Positions 1-12,467 of a stretch of 64,000 nt of DNA are shown here, piece by piece. The stretch is from Azolla caroliniana (lineage: Eukaryota > Plantae > Polypodiophyta): assembly GCA_043228905.1 (NCBI GenBank), contig JBHGNT010000016.1:11036001-11100000 (forward strand), read 5' to 3'. Within the stretch, counting starts at the first letter, position 1. Every line of letters starts with the position of its first letter. Made by a program: the position numbers and the translations under genes. The notes under the pieces were generated by a model. The model was not told the origin of the DNA. It was given only the letters and a program-made list of their open reading frames with translations, and did not search any database.

Positions 1-1038
1 GCATCGCGCCGAACCGTGGTGCGAGGCCGCTGAGGCATATTTGCACCATCTCATCATCATCTATACTTACGCTTATTGAGTCGAGCGAGTCGCAAAGCTC
101 CTTGATCTTCAAGGTGTATGTCGTGATGGACATGTCCCTTTGTTGAATGTTGTTCAACTCTTGGCGGAGTTGAAGCTTCCTTGCGGTCGTGTTGGCGGCA
201 AAAATCTTTCGTAGATTTTCCCACGCTTCCTTCGGTGTCTTGGCTTCTCGCATGTAATCGAGCATGTGGTCGTGAACACATGTTGCCAAACAATACATCA
301 CGCGGCTTGCGGCTTGCTCCCATGTCGCGTATCCGGGAGCCGATTCGGCGGGTCGGTCTTCATGCGCTCCTTTGATGTAGCTCCAATAGCCTTGTCCGAC
401 AAGGTATTGGTGCATCTTGTACTCCCAAGATGCGAAGGTGTTTCGATCCAACTTCTCCGTAGGGAGAGCGCTCCCCATTTGAGTATTCATTATGTCGATT
501 CTTCTTCTTCTTCTTCTTCTTCTCTCTTCGAATGCGAGCTATGTAGCGAAGCTATGATAGCTATGAGCCGGTTCTTGGTCGTTGGTGTAGAGCACAACAC
601 ACGATCACGATGAGGCGAATGGGCTAGATCGAGCTACCAAATCACTCTAATACCATGTAAAGAATCAAGAGATGGATTCTTGTGAAGCGGAAGAGATGTG
701 AGTTATGTGTGTATGTAAGAGAGAGAGAGAGTGTGTGAGTGAAACACAGAGAATATGCAATGTAAAAGTATATTGACAAAGGAGAAAGACTCAACATTAT
801 ACAAGGTGGGAGGAGGGTGCTTTATGTAGTCACCCTCTCTCTTCATTAACTACAAGACTCATGGAGCATGGGGAATGTGAAAGCTCATAAGTTATGTGTC
901 ATAGAATATGATTCTATGACTCATACTAAATACTAGAATACAAAGTGGTGACATAATGGTGACTCTTGACCGTTGGAGTGTCTCTTCACTCTCAAGGTGA
1001 GTTCACACACTAGACCAAGTTGAGCTTGATTCTCAACA
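1..1038 (-). mobile_element. 5' end of a Ty1/Copia LTR retrotransposon (degenerate gag, PBS, 5' LTR); continues beyond the window start
   Basis: Positions 1-480 are homologous to the gag of the Copia copies at 17200-17560 and 39600-39960. A tRNA-iMet PBS (ctctaatacca, 645-655) abuts an LTR at 656-1038 with inverted ends TGTAAAGAATCAAG...CTTGATTCTCAACA. Confidence 0.85.
656..1038 (-). repeat. Copia 5' LTR
   Basis: TG...CA termini with an imperfect 14-bp inverted repeat, directly adjacent to the PBS. Confidence 0.8.
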
Positions 1039-2662
1039 AGAAATATATATGGTCATCAAGGAAATTTGTGCCCCAATGTCCCATCTTGTGTCAAAGAGAA
1101 TATGGTAAACTCATTTGGAACCAATGGTGCAAAAGGTGGACAAAGGGTGGGTTGAAGCATGTACCAACGAATGTAGTTTTCCCGTTGCAAAAGAAGATAG
1201 TTTTGTAGTTGGGGACAACATATATAATATAACGTGTAAAACATGAGCCTCCATATCTTTCCTAAACCATGAAATATTGACTTTGAAAGTAAAAGGCCTT
1301 CATTCATAGAGAGACAAAGAACTAAAGAAGATATTTTTTAATGTCAACAAGAGACCGATTGTGATCTATGAGATGGGGCCATTGTTAAGATGGTTTGACA
1401 ACTATGAGTTTGTCCAAAAGTCCTAGTGAAAACTCATTTCAATTAAGTTATTATGCTTGAGTAATCGCAACTGAAAGCTTTCGATGCTTGCTAATGATAG
1501 TTCTTTGATTTATGGAGAGTCTCATTCTTGTGATCTTGGGCATTCCATAACTTTCAATTCTTTAGCTTTCTCTAAAGAGAGTCCCAATTCTAGATGAACT
1601 TATTTTCATCTCTTGTAAATACTCCATTTGGGCTTAAGCAAGATGTGGGCCACATTGTATGTGGTATATGGAGGATGCATTTAAAGGTTGATGGCCATAC
1701 AATGTCTCAATGAGTGTTGGAGTGCCCTCTTTCAATATGGTTGATGTGTACCTTAGAAGTTCCATAAACTATAATTTGAAACACTTCTTCATAGAATTGC
1801 AGGACATAATGTAATGGTACGAACCCATCATGGAATAGATGTGGTATTTGCCTCAAATATATACAAATGTAGCATTCCTCCAATTCTATGTCATTCTCAA
1901 TGTAGCTTATTGTATGTCACTTTCTCTCATCTACAAGTGTCCCCATTATTAGCTTATGTGAAGATGTAAGTATTTTTCCAATGATTCTATGTTGAGTCAT
2001 GCATGCGAAATATATCCATCTATGTAGGACGCATGGGTGATGATATATTTGTGAATTAAGGGAGAGGGTAAGAAAATGTGGGCATTGGCAATGTGTGATC
2101 TGCGTCATATGGGGAGTTAACCCATGGTCCACCTTGTGTTTAACGTTAAGTATATCAGTTAAGTTTGGAGAGATGGTGAGAGTATTATTAAAAAGATGCA
2201 TTTGGAGGACAAAAAGAAGCACACCCTCGGAGAGAGAGACACTGATATATTCAAGCACAAATCTTCCACACAAACCACAAAGTGCGACTAGGGCAAGCTA
2301 TGGCTACGATTGAATAAGACTAAAATCGACGGCAAACAAGAAATACACCCCCGTAGGAGATGGCAAGAAACATTGATCGATAAACCTCTTTATTAAAAAT
2401 TAGGGGGGGAGATGTTTGAATATGGTATATATGTAAATGAAGGTTGGAGATTGATTAGGAGCAAGCTCCATCATCATAACATAAACTGTTAAACAGACAA
2501 CAACAACAATAGAGAAACACACACACGCACATAAAGACACCATCATGCATTGGCATATACATATATTGTATGGAGGAAGGGCATTGGTTACTAAGGAAGA
2601 GAGGAAAAAGATTGAAAGCTTTTCGGATCGGTTTGGATCGGTTCCGAAGCTCCCCCCATAGC

Positions 2663-2890
2663 CTAAGCTGCACAGGAAGCCGTGCAGCCGCTACTGCAGC
2701 CGTAGGAGCACGCGAAGAGCACGCCGCCACCGTATCCTCCGCCTCCTCCGCCGCCGCCGCCGCCGTATCCTCCACCTCCGCCTCCATTTCCATACTCGCC
2801 GCCGTTTCCGCCTCCATATCTATGCTCGTAACCTCCCTTTCCGTTTCCGTATCCACCGCCTCTACTACCGTATCCGCCGCTTTCGCTACT
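2663..2890 (-). pseudogene. 5'-truncated glycine-rich protein fragment with a Cys-containing C-terminus
   Basis: ORF ...GGYGSRGGGYGNGKGGY...GGGGGGYGGGVLFACSYGCSSGCTASCAA*, followed by 3'-UTR-like GT-rich sequence. Its upstream part is replaced by an LTR fragment. Confidence 0.5.
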
Positions 2891-3074
2891 TGACCGCTCA
2901 TATATGAGCATCCTACACTTACTCCCAAAATTATTCCTTACGAGGAATAACATTCTAATGGCCTCTCATTTACACACCTCTACGGCCATATTGTGCGTAT
3001 GGTTTTATGCACCCAGTCTACACACTAGGTTACACACTGGTTTATGCACCCAATGTTGAGCTTGTCTCTCAATA
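2886..3074 (-). repeat. Truncated LTR fragment of the Copia C/D subfamily
   Basis: Matches 12683-12917 (ctcccaaaattattccttacgaggaat ... ccaatgttgagcttg..tctcaa). Confidence 0.8.
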
Positions 3075-3325
3075 GTAGTGAATTGTCCCCATCGGCCAAG
3101 AAGGCAGGTAAATCAAATAACTGCTAGTACTAAACCCGAGTTTATTTCTCTAGGTGTGTCTAGTAGTCCTAATAGCCTAAGCCTTTCAAACAAATTTGAA
3201 ATCCTTAGTCAACTAGAAGAAGAGTTAAGCGATTAAGTCCAACCAAAATAGGAGCTGTTTGGTTGGATAACCCTAGATCTGTGCAACCCATTAGTGATTC
3301 CATTTCCTCTAAGCAAGTTAGCAAT
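3075..3325 (+). mobile_element. Chromovirus fragment (gag-pol junction), same family as element H
   Basis: Colinear similarity to about 47905-48173, including the tccaaccaaa/tttggttgga stem. Confidence 0.85.
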
Positions 3326-5371
3326 GTTGTTTGAACGCGACTCTTCTTTGCTTTCCTACCACACAATGATTGCACATGTCTAACTTTGCATCTTTTAGAC
3401 CCGGAAGAAAGCTTTTCTTTGCTAGACAATCAAGCCCCTTCTCGCTAATATGAGATAACCTTTTATGCCATAGCTCTGACATATTGTTGCTTTCAACTGC
3501 ATTCACAAGATTAGTAGAAATAGATGCTTGTAATAAATACAAACTAGAGCATTTCTTACCACGAGCTACAACCAATGAGCCCTTAGTGAGTTTCCATTGT
3601 CCCTCATTGAAGATGTTGCAATAGCCATCATCATATAATCTGCCGGTTAAGATAAGATGTAAGCAAATGTGGAGTACATGCCTTACCTCGTTGAGAATCA
3701 ATTTTGAACCCGTGTTGGTTTCCAAACAAATAGTCCCGATGCCTACCACCTTTGAAAGACCATCATTGCCCAAGTATAAGAAGTAAAAAACTCCCTTCTA
3801 GATGTGACATGGAACAATGCTCCACTATCAACAACCTAATTAGTTTCATTATGAGCAAGATTAATCACGTTTTCATCATAAACAACAAGTAAATCATCTG
3901 ATGAAGTTATATTAACACAATTAGAATTGACATCGTTACCTTTGTTTTCATGCTTACCGCTATATGTGTGGTTCTCCTTTTTCCACTTGTAACAATACCT
4001 CTTTATGTGTCCTGTTTTACCACAAAAATGACATTCTGGATTTTTATACCTTGGTTTTGATTTACTTCTACTCCTCCCTCGGTTGTTTTGACCTTGGCTT
4101 GTATGCTTACTCCGCCATCTCTCAACCATCAAGACCTCTAAATGTGATGATGTCCCTTCTGTCCTTCGTCTCATCTCCTAGTTTAGAACACCGCTCTTGA
4201 CATATTCCGTAGTTACAATTCCATTTGGGGCTGCATTAGTTAGAGATACCCTAAAAGTTTCCCATAAATTAGGGAGAGTGTTTAACAACCATAATGCATT
4301 AATGTCATCATCAAATTTCACTCCCATACCAAAACGTTGGTCGAAACATCCTTGAAATTCATTTAGATGATCTAAAATGGAACTACCTTCTTTATACACT
4401 AAATGCATTGCTTGTTTAAGCAAGAATAACTTATTGTTACCTGTCTTTGATGCATACAACATTTCGAGTTTATTCCATAGAGCTTTAGCATTAGTTTCAT
4501 TCACAATATGGTTTAAGACATTGTCTCCCACCCATTGTTGAATAAAACCACATACCTATTGATTCTCGAAAAGCCATTCCTCGATAGTTTTGCTCTCCGG
4601 TTTAGCATCTGCAAAAATAGGTAAGTGCAGATTTTTCACAAAAAGAAGATCTTTCATCTTACCTTTCCATTTGTGGTAGTTGGTGCCGTTCAAGCAAACC
4701 ATTGTGGAAAAATTTGTCTCCATAAGAAGTGCTAAACCTCTGCTCTGATACCACTTGTTTCGAAACTTAGTAGCACTTAAACACTTATGTAAAACAAAAA
4801 ATATGTTGTGCAAGATTTAAAAAAGGAAAACAAGAAAGATACACAACAAATCAATACACAATACACCACAAATTTTTAACGTGGAAAACCCTCAAAGAAG
4901 TAAAAACCACGGGACCTAGTCCAGAACTAATTCACTATCAATATAAATCTGATACACCACAGTTCTACTTTAAACAAGTTAGAGTACTATGAGCAATCGA
5001 GGAATATGATGTTTCCTCAAAAATAAAAACTCAATAAAAAGGAGCACAAAAACCACCAAAACTCACAGCACGTGGCTGATGACGGAGGCGGCGATGTCCG
5101 GATGTTTGAGTGTGTTGATATACTTCAGAAAGATTGAAGGAATTAGCTAAGAAAGAGAGTATGGGCTGTCTGAAAATCTGTTTTTCTCTGTTGCAACAGA
5201 GAAATGCTTGTTTTTCTCTTTTTAACACACTCAAAAAAAGGAATGCGTTACATAGTGTAGATATGTAACGTCTTCTTGTGTGAACCCCTTTCACACTATT
5301 TTAAAAAATACAAGTTTTGGGCATCCAAGGCCCATTTTTTTATTTATTAATGTGGACAGAAAAACCTAACA
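3318..5371 (-). mobile_element. 3'-truncated Tnt1/Tork-like Copia (5' LTR, PBS, gag, protease, GAG-pre-integrase)
   Basis: LTR 4756-5371 (TGTT...AACA); PBS gctctgatacca 4742-4753; gag ATG at 4723 (LNGTNYHKWKGKMKDLL); zinc knuckle CHFCGKTGHIKRYC; protease VVDSGA near 3815-3835; LWHKRLSH...CNHCVVGKQ. Contains stops and frameshifts. Confidence 0.9.
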
Positions 5372-5830
5372 ATATGGTATTCGGTGAGGCATCAACATCA
5401 TTAGACTGTAGAGGCATTGCTAAGCTTTCGTGCAGAAGCCAATGCTAGTGATAACCAAGGAAAGACTCCTATAGGACATCTTCCAAAAAAAACCCCAACC
5501 ATCAGAAACTCTATGATCTAATCCAAAAACGCTTGGATGAGCAAATGGTTTGGGAAGGTTGCGAAGGATCTCAAATGAAGATGGAGGCTGAGCAAGAGCT
5601 GAAGATCCAAATCGGAGGTGGAGGAGTAGCTAGGAAGGCGGATATGTTGATGAAGCATGCAAGAGCAAGAGGAAAACAATACAAACGACTAATGAAGTGA
5701 AAAGAGACGGCTGAGGCTGAGACGGTTCGACAACCACTGGAAAGGAGGCGGCTGCGGCTAGATGTAGAAACGGTGGACGGATGGAGAGACTGCAGACGGC
5801 AGACGACCAGTGGATAGCCAACCGGTGGTA

Positions 5831-5872
5831 GAGTAGAGTAGAGTAGACTAGACTAGACTAGACTAGACTAGA
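5831..5872. repeat. Pentanucleotide microsatellite (GAGTA)n(GACTA)n
   Basis: Read directly from the sequence. Confidence 0.9.
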
Positions 5873-7179
5873 TGACGAAACAAAAGAAGGAAAAGAAAGA
5901 TGAAATGGAAATTAAGAAGGAAAAACAAAAGAAGTTGGAGGAGGACCAAGACAAGATTGTAGAAGAGAGAAGAGGAACTACATAACAAGAAAGAAGACTA
6001 CAATTACATGAAAGGATGAGAGAGAAGAAGAGGAGAAGAGAAAAACAGGAAGTGAGAAAATGACAATGATAGAAAAGAAGATAGAAAAAAAAATCAGAAA
6101 GAGACGAGGGGTAGAAAGGAGAATTTAAAAATCCGAAGGACAGAAACTAAAATTTCCAAAAACCGAGGGGTACCAAATAGAATTTCAAAAACTCGAGGGT
6201 ACAAAAAAAATTAAAAAACTCTACACTACTCACGTGAAGGAAAAGGAAGAACACACATACATGCAATGCGATTTTACAACCCATGCCGAAGTGAAAGAGC
6301 CGATCGGTGTGTCGATCCAATCGCAACGATTTTTGTGTTGTGTTGACCGAACAAGAAGGTTCATGTCAAGCGAGTTTTGATCGAAGTTATCGATCGAAGA
6401 GCAGTGTTCCGGTTGAGGGAATTTCAATCGACGAGAGAAGAGAAGACTGATGGAGTTCCGATCGACGAGAGTTTGCCATGGCAAGTGGGTTTGACGGGCA
6501 ATGCACTATCCCACGGGTGTGCCATGTGTTACCTGTAGGATATGTACAGGGAAGTATAAGGGTGAAAGACGATAGAGTGGTGGTTTTATATGTGTAATGT
6601 ATACGAGTGTGAGTGTGATGATGAATATGAGTGTGAAGAACACACCAAGCATGGACTAGGACGGAGTACAGATGATGAGGCTACGAGCGACGGATGAACT
6701 TGGAGCTAGATGTGACAATGCTAGGAACTCTAGATGTTGTGAGCGACATGAGGGCATGAAGACACAAATAAAGATCAAGGAGACAAACATGAGGCGAAAC
6801 AAGAATACTAGATTGATGTGTTAATGACTGGTGTTGAATCCCTTGAAAGGGACCAAGGAGGTTAGACGTATTTATACCGTGAGTTGAAGTACATGCATTA
6901 GAATATTCTTGAGAATATTTTGAAGAATATTCTAGAACCCTCTAGAACCTTGTAGTTGTAAAAACTTTCTAAAAACTCCTAGAACGTGAATAGATATACA
7001 TAACACAATTATGTACTTGGATGTGTTGGTTATAATATAACACTTGACTATAATACAATAAGTCAAGAGTTCAAATCTTGACATAACTGTTGTCATGTCT
7101 ATGATATTATCCTCCCCTTTACAGTTGCCTTTCCGAAAGCACAGTGTAGGGGTGAATGGGAAGTGGTGTATGTGAGAAA

Positions 7180-7890
7180 CCATGTGTTGTCCTCACTGAA
7201 AACACGAACAACACTGGACGTGAGTGAAGATGTCACTGAAAACACGAACAACACTGGACGTGAGTGAAGATGTGCGGTGCTCACCGGGAACTGTAACTGG
7301 AACACGAACGGGCGTAAGAGACCATGTCCAATCCTCACCGCGAACTGGAACTCGAACACAAACGAGCGTGCGTGATCATGTGCGGTCCTAATTGGCAACT
7401 GGGACTAGAACGGGCGTAAGAGACCATGTCCAATCCTCACTGCGAACTGGAACTCGAACACAAACGAGCGTGCGTGATCATGTGCGGTCTTAATTGGCAA
7501 CTGGGACTAGAACACAAATACCAACGGGCATGAGCAACCATGTGCGACCCTCACCGAGAACTGGAACAGCCACGGGTGTGACCGACCATGTGGGGCCCTC
7601 ACCTAGAAGACAAACACAAACAGACATGAGCGACAATGTGGTCCTCACTGAGAACTAGAACCAGTGTGACCGACCATGTGCGGTCCTCATCAGGAACTAG
7701 AACACTAACATGCATGAGAGACCATGTCGGTCCTCGCCGAGAGTTGGAACACGGACACCAACGGGCATGAGTGACCATGTGTGGTCCTCACTAGGAACTG
7801 GAACATGAACAACAACAGGCATGAGCAATCATGTCGGTCCTCGCTAGGATCTGGAACACAAACAATAGTTGGAGTGAGCGACCATGTGCG
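7180..7890. repeat. Degenerate tandem array of about 40-60-bp units
   Basis: Roughly 14-15 copies of a core like GAGCGACCATGTGCGGTCCTCACCGAGAACTGGAACAC, with a near-exact higher-order duplication at about 7307-7510. Confidence 0.85.
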
Positions 7891-8264
7891 GAGCGGTCGA
7901 CTTGACTTCTTCTATTATGAGAGGGTAAATAGTCGAGGTTGACCCAAGACACGACACAAACGGTAGCGCTAGCGAGAAACCCACGCGATCCCCACCAAGA
8001 AAGCGAGCGGTTGTGAACCCCACCGAAAGTAGAAAGTGAGCGATCAAAATCAGTCCTCGCCAACAGAAAGTGGCACAAGACTTGAACTATAATGAAAATG
8101 CAATACAAGCCAGTAGAAAAGTGAGGGGTTGTGACCCCCACCGGAAATGGGAAGGTGAGCGATCGAAAGCACTCCTCACCAAAACCGTGATCCAAAATGA
8201 TACCTAAAAATGATGACAACTAGTGTTGATGACAACGTTGGTTGGGCGAAGAGGTGCTGAAAAT

Positions 8265-8372
8265 GATGACGTCAAAGACAAGGATGGTAACTCCAGAAGC
8301 AAGGATGGTGATGACGGTAACTCCGGAAGCAAGGACGGTGATGATGGTAACTCTAGAAGGAAAGGTGATGAC
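8265..8372. repeat. Short tandem repeat (unit about 30 bp)
   Basis: Approximately three copies of gatgacggtaactccggaagcaaggatggt. Confidence 0.75.
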
Positions 8373-9228
8373 GAAGACAGTTGGTGCTTCCAGTTGAAAG
8401 GGATTCAACAACAGTCATTGACACGTCAATCTAGTATTCTTGTTTCGCATCATCTTTGTCTCTTTGATCTTTATTTGTGTCTTCATGCCCTCATGTCTCT
8501 CACAACATCTAGAGTTCCTAGCCTTGTCACATCTACGAGGTTACACGTATTTATATTGTGAGTTGAAGTATATGCATTAGAATTTTGTTGAGAATATTTT
8601 GGAGAATATTCTAGAACCCTCTAGAACCTTCTCATTCTAAAAACTTTCTAAAAAGTCCTAGAACGTGAATAGATATACGTAACACAATTATGTACTTGGA
8701 TGTTTTGGTTACAATATAACACTTGACTATGATACAATTATAGGTCAAGAGTTCAAATCTTGACACAACTCTTGTCATGTCTGTGATAATGAGTATGTGA
8801 ACACATGCACCTATGAGGAAGTGTGTGTAAATGGTGAGAAGGTTATGGAACTACCCTAATATTCTTAATGTGTAACAATTACCTCTTGTACATATATAAA
8901 CCCCACCCATGGGGCATGACAAGTAATAGAAGAAGTTTTCGCTCCAAGTTGTGTGTGTGTGTGTCTCTCTCTCTCATTCTTTGTTTCTTTGTTTTTCATC
9001 TTCTCTCTCTTCTCTCTATATCTCTTGATCATATATATAGCTATTTACAAATACAACCCTAAATCGACTTCATCGGATTTTCCTTTGGTCGAATTGGCTG
9101 AATCAGCTCCCAATTTAGCCGGCTCTTATATTTGTCTAGCTCACAACCGAACTGGCTAGGATTCATCCGGCTCTTGGCCGGATAGGCTCTCCTCCCATTA
9201 GGAGGGAGTCAACGTCTTCTCCACAACA

Positions 9229-9420
9229 AGATAGATAGATCCTATTATTGTCTTCAGAGGTCAAATATGAGCTATGAGACCAGAAATATTACATTTCACA
9301 TTATATGTGTGAAAGTGAGTAGTGACTCTCAATGTTCAAGAACTTTACCAATGAATGTTGTAATAGAAAGTGCACATAGTGCTTTTGAAAGAAATTCATG
9401 CAGGGATTGGGCTTGGTCAT
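9229..9420 (-). repeat. Inverted LTR fragment of the chromovirus H family
   Basis: Diverged reverse complement of about 46243-46436. Confidence 0.8.
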
Positions 9421-9434
9421 TGATATGTGGAAAG

Positions 9435-9844
9435 TGTGAAAGTTAATGTACGGAAGCTTAGACAAACCAGCTCACCTGGATAGCAACAAAAAACAGAGAC
9501 AAGGTTTAATGAAAAGCTTGAGAGTACACAGTACACAGGAGAGACAAAGACCGAGAGAGCAGAACATACAACGTCTATTTCAAAATTAACTCAATACTCT
9601 ATACATACAATGTTATAGCCCAAGCATCTCCGAAAAATGTTGCAACCTGTCTGATCTGAGTGGCTTGGTGAAGATGTCGGCAACCTGCCGATCCGTGCGA
9701 ACATACCAAAGTTTGACTTCACCGTGCACGACTGGCTTGCGCACAAAGTGATAATGCACTTCTATGTGCTTTGTGAGAGCATGGAAGATGGGTTTCTTAG
9801 CGAGTTCCATGCCACTGATGTAGATCAGGATCGGAATCGGTACT
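9435..9844 (-). mobile_element. Old Copia Z, left part (LTR remnant and RNase H C-terminus)
   Basis: AKKPIFHALTKHIEVHYHFVR. The sequence joins seamlessly to 55149 onward once element A is removed. Confidence 0.8.
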
Positions 9845-10303
9845 TGTGAATGTTAACGTGCGGAAGCGTTAGACAAAACCGGCTCAGTTGGATAGCAATA
9901 GAGAAGAAGATGAAGGTTTAATGGGAAAGCTTAATACACAGAGAGTATATGCGGGAGAGAGCAGAACATAAACATAAATTCAAAAATAATAAAAACACTC
10001 TGTAAACTCTATACATAGAATGTACTTACACAACATTATTTATACAAGTCCTCAGAAGGATTGACAGAAATATAGTGTACTTCAATGTTCCTACGTGCGA
10101 CTGACACTAACTACGAGACAATGATTACCTAGTAGTCTAGGGTACTACTAGGCTTTCGGTTCGTGCTCGAATCTAGTTCTCCGATCCGTCTCCCCAATCC
10201 GGCCGGTTGTTTTCGGATGTCGATCCGGCTTATCCTTCCGGATGTCGATCCGGCTCAAGCTTATTCATCCGATCTGGATCCGGTTCAGCTTGCTCGCTCA
10301 ACA
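9845..10303 (-). repeat. Copia A 3' LTR
   Basis: TGTGAATGTT...CTCAACA, paired with 54700-55143 and followed by the PPT ctccccctcaag. Confidence 0.92.
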
Positions 10304-12467
10304 CTCCCCCTCAAGCTCAACTTGAGGTCGGATCGTGATGTACGTGACCGTGGCAGCCGGTTCTTCTACCCGGCTCCTTCTGGTGTCGTTACGCCTTGCT
10401 CGCGCTCCTCGTCCGGTTCAGTCCTGTTTGCTACAACCCTTCTGGTTTTGCGCACCTCGACCTCCTCGGTCGGCTTGTCTGCTCAACAAGCCCATTTCAC
10501 CTCCCTCACTGCTGCGGCTCCGGCACTTGTCGACTCGTCGGTTCCTTCGTGTTGGCGTCGACTTCCGGTGCGTTCGTGTCTGCTTGTCCTTTAGTTGATT
10601 CAGCTCCTCCGAATCCAACTGTTGAAGCGAATCGGCTATCTCTGATTCATTCCTGCTCTTGTCTGAGTCGGTGTTCTCCAATTCGTCTTCCGGTTTCAGG
10701 CCCTACACCACATCACACCATGTCCGGGTCTTGGCCTTCTCCTTCCAGTCGGCTCTTTCCTTCTTGACTCTGCTACCCTTACCGCTCGTTCCGACTTGTT
10801 TGGATGTGCCGACTTCCTTCGTCGACTCGGCTTCCTTTTTCCTTTGGTCTGCCCTTTTGTTGGTTCTTCCTTTTCCAATTGATTGTCCGGTGCCGTCAAC
10901 AGTTTCTTTGCCTTTGCCCATTATGGCACTGGTTTCTTTGCCTTTGCCCGTTCTCCCCCTCAAGTGTGGCACGTCGAGCTGCTGAACACCAAGCATTTAG
11001 GTGAAGTGCTACAACTTGTCCGATCGGAGCGGTTTGGTGAAGATGTTGGCAACCTGCCGATCTGTCTGAACATACCAAAGTTCGACTTCACTGATCAGGA
11101 CTCGCTCATGCACGAAGTGATAATGCACTTCTATGTGCTTTGTTCGAACATGGAATACGGGGTTCTTGGCGAGTTGTATGCTGCTCATGTTGTCGTAGTA
11201 GATTCGGATCGGGATCTGCACCTCGATCCGGAGGTCACACAGCAGTCACCGAAGCCAGATGGCTTCACACGTGGCAATGGTAGCTCCCAGGTACTCAGTC
11301 TTAGTGCTCAATACAGCCATTGTTGGCTGCTTCTTGCTGCTCCACGCAACATCTGCGCTACCAAGAGAAAACATGTAACCGGAGGTGGATAGGCGATACG
11401 GTGCATCACCAGCCTAGTCGGCATCGGTATATCCGACTAGCTTCCAAGCTATACCATGTTAGTATAACAATCCCCAATCCTTCGTGCCGCTAACATACCG
11501 GAGTATCCAATGTGTGCATTGGAGGTGCTAGACGGACGGCTTCTGCATGAACTGGCTAATCACTCTGACCGGGTAACTGAGGTTGGGTCGAGTGATTGTT
11601 AGGCATATGAGGCTTCCGACAATTTGTTGGAACCGTTGTCGTGATGTTTTCAACATATAATGTGAAACCACCCTCAAAAGAGAATAAAATAATAGTCCAA
11701 ATAAACTAATTTTCTTAAGTCAACTATAGTAATAAATGAAAGGATAAAAAGTTAGAAGAGGTTTTCAAAAGTAGACAAAAATAGAGAAAAATATGGGAAA
11801 AGAAAAGCTAGCCGTGGATATGAGGAGCAAGGTTGAGTAAAAAGCTCATATTTTCCTCATCAAATGTCCGAATTAGAAAATAAAAGATGCATAAGAGAGC
11901 TAACCTAAAGAGATTTCCAAGAATACCTTTCATGTGAAATTTGAGGCTATAAAACAAAAATAGTGAGGAAAAGAAAAGTCGACTCATATAGACAAGTTTT
12001 TTTTTAGGGGAAAAAGGCAAGCAATCCTAAACCTATAAATAAGAGCCTATTCTAGTGAAGAGGGGAGGGGGGGGGAGAAGGAACGTGGAAGCTCTACTCA
12101 ATTGGAAAGTGGAAGAACAAGGATCAACAACATCGAGAGGCATCATCAACAAAGAAACTCCTTCTATACTCCACCTCTCTTCCCCCATTCATTTACAAAA
12201 AATCCTTCATATTCGCATCCAACCCATTGTAGCATGATTCTTATATTATAAAAGAATCTATTATATTGATATAAACTAATGTTTTCTTTCATCTACTTGT
12301 CTTATGTGTAAATCTTGATTGTGCTTATTTGTTATCGTCATTTGTGCTTATTTGTTTCTGTGTCTTGTCACAAGGGAGCGTTTCGAACTTGCCCATGCAC
12401 CTCTCCTTTCACAAAGGCATTCAAACCTACGTGTCTTATATGTTATTGTCGTTGTGCTTTTTTTTTT

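Larger units (their letters stand above)
6593..8788 (-). mobile_element. Small non-autonomous LTR element I (TRIM/LARD-like) with a tandem-repeat interior; left boundary approximate
   Basis: Direct repeat of about 6857-7106 at about 8536-8788. A minus-strand PPT (ttatcctccccttta, 7107-7121) abuts the first copy. No gag/pol motifs seen in the interior. Confidence 0.6.

Noticed and set aside
1039-2400. Possible ancient Gypsy integrase-tail remnant (minus-strand YGHQP) and element 3' end
   Set aside because: Too degenerate to assign by eye.
5372-6590. GA-rich tract with a possible MULE-like terminus near 6120-6220
   Set aside because: No partner inverted repeat or TSD found in the window.
7180-7890. 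CRISPR-like repeat/spacer appearance
   Set aside because: The repeats are degenerate, the spacers are related to one another, there are no cas genes and the context is eukaryotic.
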